Source: a virus
Taxonomy: Duplodnaviria > Caudoviricetes
Virus record (IMG/VR): IMGVR_UViG_3300038424_000171
Span: 1 to 58,345 of that record
Direction: 5' to 3' (one strand)
DNA length: 58,345 bases
Shown: positions 35,531 through 44,654 of the stretch, one piece after another
Position numbering within the stretch: the stretch's first letter is position 1
Layout: each line of letters opens with the position of its first letter
The notes under the pieces: model-generated
What the model saw: the letters and a program-made list of their open reading frames with translations, nothing else
Told to the model about the DNA's origin: nothing
The model's database searches: none
Position numbers and translations under genes: made by a program

Positions 35531-36625
35531 ATGCGCGTTGAAGTTTATCTCACAACGGCGATGGAAGTATCCCATTTTGCGCCGGTCGTGCGGGCGTTAA
35601 GGTCGCTCGAAGTGGACGCGGTATTTATCTCTCCGCAGCAGCATCCCAAAGCGAAGGCGCGCGGATGGGACGATGCCGACCGCACTGAATTGCTGCTCAA
35701 GCGGCTCGATCTGCCATTCGAGAAATATTCCGACATCTACGCGGACGCGGTGCTCACGATCCAGCCGGAGGGATTCGTCGATCACTACCGCAAGCTCAAG
35801 ATTCGGATGACGTATGGAGTCGGGCTGATTCCGCCGACCAATTCATCGTCGCCCGGTAAGCCGTTCGATTTTCACTTGGTACACGGCCCCTTCAACCAAC
35901 GAGTGCAGTTCCAGTACCACGCGCTGCCATCGCCGAGCCTGCCGCCCGAACGGGTGAAGGTGATCGGCTATCCGAGATTCGATGATTGGTGGAATGGAAA
36001 GAAAGATTGCACCTGCAATCCGAAGTGGATAATGCACTGGCCCGACTGTCCGAAGTACATTCAGCCGGACTATGGCGTGGGCATAAAGAAACCGCCCGTT
36101 CTGCTTTGGCTGCCGACTTGGGGTGCGGCCTCATCCATCGCCCGCTTTGCCGACGCCATCTTTGCCCTCTCCGACAAGTACGATATTTGGGTGAAGCCGC
36201 ATCACGGCACGGTGACGTGGGAGCGCGAGCGCATGGCGCGGCTAGCGGACGGCCCATGCCGCATCGTGGACTTCGATGAGCAGCCGGAGCCGTCATTCGC
36301 AGCGGCAAGTATTGTGCTCGCAGACTTGGCGAGCGGAGCGTTTAGCGAGGCGGTGTTCCTTAGGAAGAGACTGATCGGGCTGTCGAGTTTTAGCGAGATA
36401 GCGAATCTGCTAGTACCGATTAACCATTCGATACCGATTGCTTGTACGCCAGATCATATCGGCTCCGCGATAGGGACGAGCGAACTCACGGCATCGCGAC
36501 GAACGGAGATACGAAGCGAACTCGTCGATTCCACCGAAGGCGCAGACGGTATGCGGGCGGCGAAGATTATCGTGGAGTGCGTCGAGGGGACTATTGACAA
36601 TCGCGCGAAAAACGCGCATGGATGA
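35531..36625 (+). CDS. CDP-glycerol glycerophosphotransferase-like (TagB/TagF, GT-B fold) protein
   Basis: IGYPRFD, LLWLPTW, VKPHH, LAD.ASG..SEA motifs. Confidence 0.75.
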   Translation: MRVEVYLTTAMEVSHFAPVVRALRSLEVDAVFISPQQHPKAKARGWDDADRTELLLKRLDLPFEKYSDIYADAVLTIQPEGFVDHYRKLKIRMTYGVGLIPPTNSSSPGKPFDFHLVHGPFNQRVQFQYHALPSPSLPPERVKVIGYPRFDDWWNGKKDCTCNPKWIMHWPDCPKYIQPDYGVGIKKPPVLLWLPTWGAASSIARFADAIFALSDKYDIWVKPHHGTVTWERERMARLADGPCRIVDFDEQPEPSFAAASIVLADLASGAFSEAVFLRKRLIGLSSFSEIANLLVPINHSIPIACTPDHIGSAIGTSELTASRRTEIRSELVDSTEGADGMRAAKIIVECVEGTIDNRAKNAHG

Positions 36626-36805
36626 TTTTAGTGACCTTTGATGTTTCGGGTCTGATCTGAGAAGCATCCGCAGCGGCCCTGCGTTACCAAGGCTTCGACC
36701 CATAGTTGGCGGGTCTCTTCTATAACCAAGCCAGCGCGTGCGCAAACCGTCCGGCGACATAAAGGACGGGGAAACTTTAGGTGCAAAACTTGAAGGCTCA
36801 CGCAA
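36626..36805 (+). promoter_or_regulatory. Structured leader upstream of the major capsid gene
   Basis: Three hairpins (36669-36683, 36697-36715, 36747-36769); TTGACA at 36594. Confidence 0.4.
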
Positions 36806-37996
36806 ATGGCAGAAACGAGCGTTCCCGCAAACGACCCGACTGCGGTAGTCGTTTATTCTAGCAGGACTCTCCGACAGGCAATCTGGAAAACGACCGCATC
36901 GAAGCTGATGTCGGTCGGCCTCTCGGCAGACGATCCTTCCAACTTCGTTCAATACTTTCAGGAAACCGCGCAAGGCCCCGGCGGTGAGATCAAGTACGAT
37001 CTGATCTACAACCCGTTCGGACCCGGCGTTGCTGGCGACAATGTGATCGCGGGCAACGAGGTTCCGTTCGATTGGGATCAGGACGTAATCTTCATCGACC
37101 AGCTCCGGCAGGCGATTCTGATCGGCGGGCGCATGTCGCAGCAGCGCGTGCCGTACAGCCTGCGCGTCAAGGCCAAGAACGGACTCGCGAACTGGTGGGC
37201 GCAGATGTTCAACTGGGGCTTGATGAACCAGTTGGCCGGCAACACCTACGCGCTGAACGTGCCGTACCTCGGCATCACGACCGGAGAAGGTGCGTACAAC
37301 TACACCGGCATGAACAACCCGTTGGCGCCGACTACGGACGGCCACTGGCTGTTTCCGCAGGGCGCGACCACGGAATCCACAGTCGGCACCGACCCGAAGT
37401 ATGCGTTCGCAGCCGAGGCGATTCCGACTATCGAAGCGCAGGCAACCGGCGCGCTCATCAACCCGATCAAGCCGATCGTCATCGGCAGCCTCGAAATTAC
37501 CGGCGTGATATTCCTGACTCCGCTTCAGGTCAAGTCGCTCAAGACGAACTACTCCGAAGGCGAGTGGGGCGCGATCATGGGACTGGCGGCCCAGGGCGGC
37601 CAAGTCACCGGCAATCCGATATTCACCGGAGCCTTGGGAATCATCGACAACATCGTTCTCCATCGCGATGCGTACCTGCCGTGGGGGGACGGAGTGAACA
37701 CCAACACGCTGTCCGTGCTCGGGCAGACCATCGCGAATCCGTCATCGCTCTATGGCGCGGCTTACGCGACCAAGAACATCGGACGCGCCATCTTCGTCGG
37801 AGCGCAGGCGGGAGCGTTCGCGACCGGCGCGGTCGAGGGTCCGCTAGGCCAGCCGCTCAAGCTGACTTGGGTGGAGGAACCGCTGGACGGCGCGAATCAG
37901 TTGCGCATCATCTCCGGCATGATCACCGGCACCAAGAAGACGCAGTTCGGCCAGAGCGATTACGGCGTCATAACCTATTCAACTTACGTCGGCTAA
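36806..37996 (+). CDS. Major capsid protein (N4-gp56 / DUF4043-like)
   Basis: G.GV.GD....GNE, IDQLRQAI...GRMSQQR, NPIFTGALG.IDN.VLH, RAIFVGAQA, K..F...DYGVI. Confidence 0.9.
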   Translation: MAETSVPANDPTAVVVYSSRTLRQAIWKTTASKLMSVGLSADDPSNFVQYFQETAQGPGGEIKYDLIYNPFGPGVAGDNVIAGNEVPFDWDQDVIFIDQLRQAILIGGRMSQQRVPYSLRVKAKNGLANWWAQMFNWGLMNQLAGNTYALNVPYLGITTGEGAYNYTGMNNPLAPTTDGHWLFPQGATTESTVGTDPKYAFAAEAIPTIEAQATGALINPIKPIVIGSLEITGVIFLTPLQVKSLKTNYSEGEWGAIMGLAAQGGQVTGNPIFTGALGIIDNIVLHRDAYLPWGDGVNTNTLSVLGQTIANPSSLYGAAYATKNIGRAIFVGAQAGAFATGAVEGPLGQPLKLTWVEEPLDGANQLRIISGMITGTKKTQFGQSDYGVITYSTYVG

Positions 37997-38011
37997 GGCG
38001 GGTGAACTAAA

Positions 38012-38623
38012 ATGGCAGTAAACAACACATATTATGCCGATGATTTTGCCCAGCCGGGGCCGGCGTGGGTATCGCCTTCGGTATCGATCACCCGGTCCTT
38101 CCGCTTCACCATCGCCAATCAGCCGTTGCTCGTAACAAACGTCGGGTTCAGCGTCAACGACATTATCAAGCTGTGCCCGCTTTCGCAGGGGCAGTTGATC
38201 GAGTTGGAGGAATACTTCATCTACGTTCCCGAACTCGACACCGGCTCGGCGGTCGTGGAATCGCTCGGCGACGATGGCGGAGCATCGGCGGGAACTACCA
38301 ACGCGGCGATTTATCAGACGGGCGCGGTTGCCGGGCGCGGAGCAGCTAGTTATCTGACGCCGCTCGGTCAATTCACTACCGCGACTTGGGCCAGTTCCGC
38401 CGTTGGTGGTTCGATTCCGGCCGTCTATCAGGGTGCGCCGCCGAAACAAGTGTACGTCACAGATACCGGAGGCGGAGCGCCAGTCGGTGCGGGCGGCTAC
38501 GTCGGAAATGCGCCACTCAACCTGATTCTCAAAATCACCACGGCGCCGACCACCGGAACGACAACCGGAGTGCTCAAGGGCTGGGTCCGATTCCATGCCT
38601 GTGGGCCGTATCCTCTGGTCTGA
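38012..38623 (+). CDS. Capsid decoration/cement-like protein (putative)
   Basis: Directly after the MCP; beta-rich, ELDTG and ILKITTAP...G.LK. Confidence 0.55.
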   Translation: MAVNNTYYADDFAQPGPAWVSPSVSITRSFRFTIANQPLLVTNVGFSVNDIIKLCPLSQGQLIELEEYFIYVPELDTGSAVVESLGDDGGASAGTTNAAIYQTGAVAGRGAASYLTPLGQFTTATWASSAVGGSIPAVYQGAPPKQVYVTDTGGGAPVGAGGYVGNAPLNLILKITTAPTTGTTTGVLKGWVRFHACGPYPLV

Positions 38624-38633
38624 CGAGGACGCG

Positions 38634-38945
38634 ATGACGAATCCGCTGAAACTAAAACAGGTGCTACCGGTGGTGCAAGTCACCGGTAGCTTCCCTGACC
38701 GGATGGCCTTTCCGCATGGGCCGTGGCCGTCAGACGAGGGCGTACCGGGCGGCGGCGTCTCGTTCCCTATCGACTGCGAGATGGCGGATTCGCGGATACC
38801 GACCAAGTTGAGTGCGGACGAGCGCGCGGCAGGAACCGAGGCTCGCGCACGCAAAGAGGCGAAGCAGAGGACGTTCCGATTAACCGAAGCACAGGTGCTC
38901 GCCGGACAGGGCACTAATGACGGAGAAGAACATGGCGAAAAGTAA
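38634..38945 (+). CDS. Hypothetical protein
   Basis: GAGGA RBS. Confidence 0.55.
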   Translation: MTNPLKLKQVLPVVQVTGSFPDRMAFPHGPWPSDEGVPGGGVSFPIDCEMADSRIPTKLSADERAAGTEARARKEAKQRTFRLTEAQVLAGQGTNDGEEHGEK

Positions 38946-39261
38946 AGGCTCATCCTTTCTGAGTGAAGACGAACTCGATCCCGCGTCCAATGCGGAGCAG
39001 GACCAGGCGCACGCTGATCGCGTGACGTTCGCGCCGCACAGCATGGAAATGCTGCTCGGCGGCGAGATGCACGATTTCGGCAAGGGCGTCGGACCGGTGG
39101 TCGGCACCCCCTACGACGACGACCTGATGGGCGAGGAGCGCACGATGGTCACGTACAAGGGCAGCCGCAAGAGCAGCCGCGGCGACGGCGCGTCGAACGA
39201 CGAAGGCCCGATCAAGACCGGCAAAGACAAGGGCATGATCAACGGCGGCGTCAAGAAGTAG
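38932..39261 (+). CDS. Hypothetical charged protein
   Basis: GGAG RBS; codon bias resembling the capsid gene. Confidence 0.65.
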   Translation: MAKSKGSSFLSEDELDPASNAEQDQAHADRVTFAPHSMEMLLGGEMHDFGKGVGPVVGTPYDDDLMGEERTMVTYKGSRKSSRGDGASNDEGPIKTGKDKGMINGGVKK

Positions 39262-39265
39262 CGCA

Positions 39266-39517
39266 ATGCCGAGCGTCAGCCGCAAGCAGCGTAAGACGGC
39301 TGGTATGGCACGAGCCATCCAGAAGGGCGAGATGAAGGCGAAGCCCGGTACGCCGTCCGCTGAGATGGCGAAGATGAAGCCGAGCGCGCTGCGCGATTTC
39401 GCCAAAACCAAAGAGAAGGGTCTGCCGGAGAAGAAGGGCAAAAAGAAGGGCAAGGACAAGATGAGTCTTAAGACGGACTCGATGCGGTTCCAGCCCAAGA
39501 GCAAGAGGTACGAGTGA
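39266..39517 (+). CDS. DUF3008-like small basic protein
   Basis: MPSVSRKQRK.AG.A.A...G...MAKM....LRDFAKTKEKGLP. Confidence 0.7.
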   Translation: MPSVSRKQRKTAGMARAIQKGEMKAKPGTPSAEMAKMKPSALRDFAKTKEKGLPEKKGKKKGKDKMSLKTDSMRFQPKSKRYE

Positions 39518-39849
39518 TGGCTGGCGATGATTATTCGGGCGGCCCGACAACTCGCGGTATCGAGAAATCGTATCAGCGTGCAGCCAAGAAGGGCAGTGCA
39601 GTTCCAGCGGATGAGAGGTCGGGCAGTGTGCTCGGTGGTGAGGTGTACTCGACGAAAAAGGAGTACTCCAAACAGGGGGCCGCAGCTCGTGGTATGCGAA
39701 AAGGGTTTGCGCAGAGTAAGCAGGCTGACGCGAAAGATATGAAGATAGGGGCCGATGCTTTGGCAAAGCGAGACGAAGGGCTCGTGAAGGATATGAAGAA
39801 GCGCGGCGCGGATCGCTTAACCGTGGGTGGATTCAAGAATAGTTGGTAA
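39517..39849 (+). CDS. Small basic hypothetical protein
   Basis: TGATG coupling; Lys/Gly-rich. Confidence 0.6.
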   Translation: MAGDDYSGGPTTRGIEKSYQRAAKKGSAVPADERSGSVLGGEVYSTKKEYSKQGAAARGMRKGFAQSKQADAKDMKIGADALAKRDEGLVKDMKKRGADRLTVGGFKNSW

Positions 39850-39996
39850 CCATGTGGACAGCCTCAAGACCAAGTACCGAATACCGAGCCGTCGCGAGAA
39901 AATGAAGGTCAAACCGTTCACGACGCCGAAAGTCCGAAAGATTGACGACAGCAGGTTCATAGGGATCGCGACAAAGTTCTTACCGAGAGGAAACCA

Positions 39997-40431
39997 ATGA
40001 AACGACGAATTTTTCCACTCTTTTACGTTCTCGCATTCATGGCGCTGTACGCGGGAGCCGCATACGCATTTGCGCCGCCGTGCGCCGGTTCCTATGTCTC
40101 GACGACGAAGCCGATCATCGTGCCGTCGGCGGCTGCGACAGTGGCGATCTCCAATCATTCCAGCACCGCTGGCGTGATTTACGTCTGTGGTTGGCACTTG
40201 TTAAGTACGGGCGGAACGTCGCTATTGTCGTATGGCACTGGCACGACCTGCGGCACTGGCGGAGTGAATCTGACTGGTGCGCTCGCTGCGGCTGATACGG
40301 TCACTCAGCATTCAGACGGTTCAGAACTCTTCAAAATCCCGCCTGGTAACGACCTCTGCGTAACTGGTGGCACATCGGCGGCAGGAACCGGCTGGGTCAC
40401 TTACGTTTCACCGACCAATCTGAATCCGTAG
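39997..40431 (+). CDS. Signal-peptide-bearing beta-rich protein
   Basis: MKRRIFPLFYVLAFMALYAGAAYA; four Cys; IYVCG...YGTGTTCGTG. Confidence 0.75.
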   Translation: MKRRIFPLFYVLAFMALYAGAAYAFAPPCAGSYVSTTKPIIVPSAAATVAISNHSSTAGVIYVCGWHLLSTGGTSLLSYGTGTTCGTGGVNLTGALAAADTVTQHSDGSELFKIPPGNDLCVTGGTSAAGTGWVTYVSPTNLNP

Positions 40432-40435
40432 GCCA

Positions 40436-40627
40436 ATGAAAAAGGGCAAGAAGACCGTCAAACTAAACGCGGGCAATACTCAGTTCGACCGGGGCAACAC
40501 CAAGTTCGATTCGGGCAATACGAAGTTGAACAGTGGCGACACGGAGTTCATCGCGCAGAAACCGGGCGGGACTCAGAAGCATCCGGCGAAACCGAGTCAG
40601 CCCAAAGAAATGAAGTTCATCGAGTAG
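40436..40627 (+). CDS. Small basic protein with 7-aa repeats
   Basis: GNTQFDR-GNTKFDS-GNTKLNS-GDTEF. Confidence 0.6.
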   Translation: MKKGKKTVKLNAGNTQFDRGNTKFDSGNTKLNSGDTEFIAQKPGGTQKHPAKPSQPKEMKFIE

Positions 40628-40648
40628 CCGAGGGATAGGGAAACGTGA

Positions 40649-41785
40649 GTGAACTACGCCGCTCTGCGCCAGCAAATTGCTCAGAGGTTGTATAATCGTA
40701 CCGACCTCGATCAAGTAATAGTCGACTATTCAGGTCAGGTCTGTCAGTCCTACCTCGACTCGATTTTCTATCCGTCTGACGTTCAAGACACTTCGATCAC
40801 GACCAATCCGGGGCAGTTTCTCTACAATTTTCCGCAGAACATCCGGCAAGTAAATCGCGTTCGGATTCTGCTGTCGTCGGTCAACGCGGCCGGCGCGTCG
40901 GTCTCCGGCTCCGGACTATTCGGAGCACCGCAGACCATTCTGAGTGCTCCGGTTACGTTACCAAGCGCGGCGATTCCAGTCGTCAATGCGAGCGGGTTTC
41001 TTTCGGTCGGCACTCTGGTAATCGGCGGGAACCAGATAGTCAACTACACCGGCATCAGCGGCAACACATTCACGGGTGCGGCGGGCGGCGTCGGGACTTT
41101 CGGGTCAGGCGCAATCGTGACTCAGGTTGCGTCTGCTACCACGCTGACTGCGGATACATCGGTTCCGGCTTCTAACTCCCTGCCTGTCGTTTCAACTACT
41201 GGATTTCCGCAATCAGGCACGCTGTTTTGCCAAGGGTTGATCGTTACCTATGCGGGCATCACGGCGACGAGTTTCACCGGCATTTCGATTCAGCAGGGCG
41301 GTGGCGGTTCGCTCTTTCCGCTCAACATGCCGATTCAAACGGTGCTTGCCAACGGCGCAATCGTGCAACTCGCAAGCGGCGTCTGGATCACTATGAGGAA
41401 AATGAGCTATCGGGACTTACTCCTTATTGACGACTTGCAGCCGCCGGTAACGACTATCCCGTCAAGATGGGCGCCGTTCAACAACCAATTTCGGCTGTAT
41501 CCCGCACCTGGCGCTCCGTTCACCGTGGAGATCACTGGTAACGGCGCTCCGCCGGTTCCGTTCGCCGATACCGACGACAACTTCTGGACCGAGGACGCGG
41601 CGTTGCTGATCATCGCGGGAACGACTGCGGAGATTATGGAGAATTATCTGGGTGGCGAGATGGTGCAGGACGCGCAGTCGCATCGCAAGCGCGAGGACCG
41701 CGAGTACAAGCGGCTGCTCAAGGTCAGTCTCAGGCTTGGCGGCCCTCATGTCGTAGAACCGCACGGGTGGTATTTGCATCGATGA
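40649..41785 (+). CDS. Head-tail adaptor-like protein with two inserted beta domains
   Basis: MNYAALRQQIA..L.NRTDL N-terminus; P.RWA......RLYPAP; D.NFWTEDA..LI C-terminus. Confidence 0.65.
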   Translation: MNYAALRQQIAQRLYNRTDLDQVIVDYSGQVCQSYLDSIFYPSDVQDTSITTNPGQFLYNFPQNIRQVNRVRILLSSVNAAGASVSGSGLFGAPQTILSAPVTLPSAAIPVVNASGFLSVGTLVIGGNQIVNYTGISGNTFTGAAGGVGTFGSGAIVTQVASATTLTADTSVPASNSLPVVSTTGFPQSGTLFCQGLIVTYAGITATSFTGISIQQGGGGSLFPLNMPIQTVLANGAIVQLASGVWITMRKMSYRDLLLIDDLQPPVTTIPSRWAPFNNQFRLYPAPGAPFTVEITGNGAPPVPFADTDDNFWTEDAALLIIAGTTAEIMENYLGGEMVQDAQSHRKREDREYKRLLKVSLRLGGPHVVEPHGWYLHR

Positions 41786-43200
41786 AAATACCGCTTCAAG
41801 ATTTTGAGCCCGATAGCGACCCGACCAAGAAGGGAATCATTCTCGATGCCAACTGGGTCTGGAGAAGCCCCGCCGGATGGCGCGGCCTCGAAGTGCCCAC
41901 GCCGAGCTCGCCCGTGCTGCCTAACGGTCCTGCGCTCGGCGGTTTCATGGCGAATTTCGGCACTGCCGGGGTGCTCGTGTTCATCGCTAACGCCAACCAG
42001 ATTTACCAATGGACTATGCTCGGGCCATTGGCGCTGGTTTCTCCCACTTACAACAACCTCAATAATTCGTGGGTCTTCGATACCTACGGCAACGACATCA
42101 TTGCGGTAAACGGAACGGATCCGCCGCAGGTGTTTACGCAGGGCAGTTCCATCGCATTCGCACCTTTGGCGGGCAATCCGCCGGTGTCTTCGATTGTCGC
42201 GGCGACCGACTACGGCGTGTTTCTCATTACCGGCAACGCATGGCTCTTTTCCGCCAACGATACGCTGTGGACACCGGGCATCGAGAACGAAGTAGTCGGC
42301 GATGTGATTACCGCGACTCCGGGCAGCATCACGGCGGCAAAGGGGCTTCGCGGCGGCATCGCGATGTATAAGCAAACCGCCGTCCATTACGGGCTGTTCA
42401 CCGGGCCGCCGAATTTCTGGCAGATCAACAACTACTCGGAAGTCGTCGGGACGCCCAGCGCGCACAGCGTCATTCCCTACCGCGACGTTCACTACTTCGT
42501 CGGCCCCGATGACTTCTATACTTTCGATGGATGGTCGGTGCAGCCGATTCCGAATAATCTGCGCACCTGGTTTTTCCACACGAATCTCGACCGCCTCTAT
42601 GCTGCAAACATTCGGGGGGCGGCCAATCCAAGCCGGAACCAGCTCGTCTGGTTCTACCCGAGCATCAACGCCAATCCGCGCGGCTCGCTGGATTCGGCCA
42701 TCTCGCTTTCGACTGTCACCGGGTTGTGGGCGCCATCGTCGGTAAAGGCCGACTTGCCGCTTGAGGGATACGAGCCGCTGGACGGCCCATCTCCCTTGGT
42801 CGGACAGATGGGGCTTGCCTACGTTGACTCAAATCATATCCTTCAACTCCTGCTTGAGCCGACGGGAGAAGCGCCGATACCGGGGCGCCCGATCAGTTAC
42901 ATCACGAGCGGCGATCTAGGGGACAAGGTAAACCTCTATAAGATCACGCGCGTCTGCCCGGGCTTTCTCAATATGCCGTCAACCATGCCGATGAGCGGCC
43001 TTTCGACGTTGCAGGTCTGGAGCCAGTATGTGCTCGGTCAAGCGGCAGGACTTCAACAAGGGCCGAAATCGGTGTTTTCGGTGTCGGGGTTTTTCGACTT
43101 GGTGACGGCAAATCGGCTCCAGAGGTTGCAGATTACTTTGCTGCCGAGAATGACGATTACCGATATGGACGTAGAAATGGCCTTCGCGGGGCGCCAATGA
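41782..43200 (+). CDS. Tail nozzle / DNA stabilisation protein (P22 gp10-like)
   Basis: F.PD start; beta-propeller-like pattern, FYTFDG.SVQPI, VWFYPS. Confidence 0.65.
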   Translation: MKIPLQDFEPDSDPTKKGIILDANWVWRSPAGWRGLEVPTPSSPVLPNGPALGGFMANFGTAGVLVFIANANQIYQWTMLGPLALVSPTYNNLNNSWVFDTYGNDIIAVNGTDPPQVFTQGSSIAFAPLAGNPPVSSIVAATDYGVFLITGNAWLFSANDTLWTPGIENEVVGDVITATPGSITAAKGLRGGIAMYKQTAVHYGLFTGPPNFWQINNYSEVVGTPSAHSVIPYRDVHYFVGPDDFYTFDGWSVQPIPNNLRTWFFHTNLDRLYAANIRGAANPSRNQLVWFYPSINANPRGSLDSAISLSTVTGLWAPSSVKADLPLEGYEPLDGPSPLVGQMGLAYVDSNHILQLLLEPTGEAPIPGRPISYITSGDLGDKVNLYKITRVCPGFLNMPSTMPMSGLSTLQVWSQYVLGQAAGLQQGPKSVFSVSGFFDLVTANRLQRLQITLLPRMTITDMDVEMAFAGRQ

Positions 43201-43634
43201 ACTCGCCTATCCAACAGTTTCAGCTTCCCGATTCTCCAGGCGCCTTGTCGCCTGCGCGCTCACCGGCCTATCACGAGGTCGTCAGTAAATTGAACGAACA
43301 CGCGACGTGGGCGAAGCGGACGACGGTGAATCTGGCGAATTGGCTGAGTCAGGTCCGCACGCAACTCAATACTCAGGTGCAGGGGGAAGGCGCCGTGCTT
43401 GCGTCGGCGGCGACGATCTCTCCAACCAACGCGATTCATCATGTGAGCGGCAACGCCGCCATCAAGACTATCAACACACCAAAAGGATTCAGCGGCCCGG
43501 TCTGGCTGCTGATGCAGGGAGCGCCGAGTTTCGCGGCTGGTGGAAACATTGCATTGGCGCGCGGGCCGTTTACTCCGGGACAGGCGGTGAGAATCGTGTA
43601 CTCGCAAAATACTCAGATGTGGTATCCAGAATGA
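43197..43634 (+). CDS. Tail-associated protein (helical N-terminus plus small beta domain)
   Basis: LASAATI.P...IHHVSG.AAI.TI...GGNIA motif; position. Confidence 0.55.
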   Translation: MNSPIQQFQLPDSPGALSPARSPAYHEVVSKLNEHATWAKRTTVNLANWLSQVRTQLNTQVQGEGAVLASAATISPTNAIHHVSGNAAIKTINTPKGFSGPVWLLMQGAPSFAAGGNIALARGPFTPGQAVRIVYSQNTQMWYPE

Positions 43635-44143
43635 AAACTACTATGAAGCGACTTATCGGATGCGCCGTGCTGACGGCGGCTTTGCTATTGGTCTTCGCCG
43701 GAGTGTCGGCTGCGCAAACTGCCACTGCTACAGCGACCGCGACGGCAACAGCAACTGCCACGCCTACCAGCATTCCATGTTCATTCTCGACGCCTACCGT
43801 TGATAATCCGACCCGATGCTGCTCGACTACTGTTGGCAGCACCTCGGTGCCGGTATCGGTTGTGCCGGCTTGGGGGAAGACGACGTATTGCATCGCGTTG
43901 CGTTCCAGCCCCTCGGAGAATGTTCTCATCTATCCCTATAGTCCGTTGACTGGACTGCCAGCCACCGTCCCTACCGCCAATTCGCATGAGCTATCCACGT
44001 TGAATCCCATGTATTGCGACGGGCAAGGACTCGCGAAGCCGGGTAGTTTGAATCTGCTCTCGGATGGCTGGGGAGCATCGCTCGAAACCGGGACGACGGG
44101 GGTGCCAGTCGATGCCTGCATCCGAAGGGAGATCAGTCCATGA
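43631..44143 (+). CDS. Signal-peptide protein with TATATA linker and Cys-rich domain
   Basis: MKRLIGCAVLTAALLLVFAGVSAA-QTATATAT. Confidence 0.75.
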   Translation: MKTTMKRLIGCAVLTAALLLVFAGVSAAQTATATATATATATATPTSIPCSFSTPTVDNPTRCCSTTVGSTSVPVSVVPAWGKTTYCIALRSSPSENVLIYPYSPLTGLPATVPTANSHELSTLNPMYCDGQGLAKPGSLNLLSDGWGASLETGTTGVPVDACIRREISP

Positions 44144-44652
44144 ATAACGGCGGCACTCCGACAACGACTCCGGCAAGCGTCCCCCAGATCGTGCGATGCG
44201 ACGGTGCGATGCTCGCGCGGTACTGGCCGTTTCTCGAAGAGAAGCTGCTGATCATAAAGCACAAGACCGACGTGGCGCAGCGCAAGGCGGGCCTGACGCA
44301 ATCGCAGGTGACTTGGACGCCGCAGCAGATTCGGTTCGCTGTGCTCAAGGGACTTATCGGTCAGAACACCGTCGAGTTGTACTTAGTGATGGAAGGTGCG
44401 GAAGTCCTTGGATTCTTCGTTACATCCTGTCCGCCTGACGAATTTTTGCAGGTGCCGTTGGTGCTTCATCTCTGGATTGCGTGGTCGGGCAAGCCGCGGC
44501 TGCTGGAGCAATGCGAGCCATTTTTGAAAGAACTCAAGCGGCAGCGGCATTGCATGGTGATTCAACATACGTCGGGACGGCAGGGATGGCTCCGGCGCAA
44601 CACGCCCGGCTGGAAACTGTCGCAACTGATTTATCGATGTGAGGTTGATTAA
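44140..44652 (+). CDS. GNAT-like fold protein of the podovirus tail/ejection region
   Basis: GFFVT...LHLWIAW...C..I...SGR.GW.R motif. Confidence 0.55.
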   Translation: MNNGGTPTTTPASVPQIVRCDGAMLARYWPFLEEKLLIIKHKTDVAQRKAGLTQSQVTWTPQQIRFAVLKGLIGQNTVELYLVMEGAEVLGFFVTSCPPDEFLQVPLVLHLWIAWSGKPRLLEQCEPFLKELKRQRHCMVIQHTSGRQGWLRRNTPGWKLSQLIYRCEVD

Positions 44653-44654
44653 CC

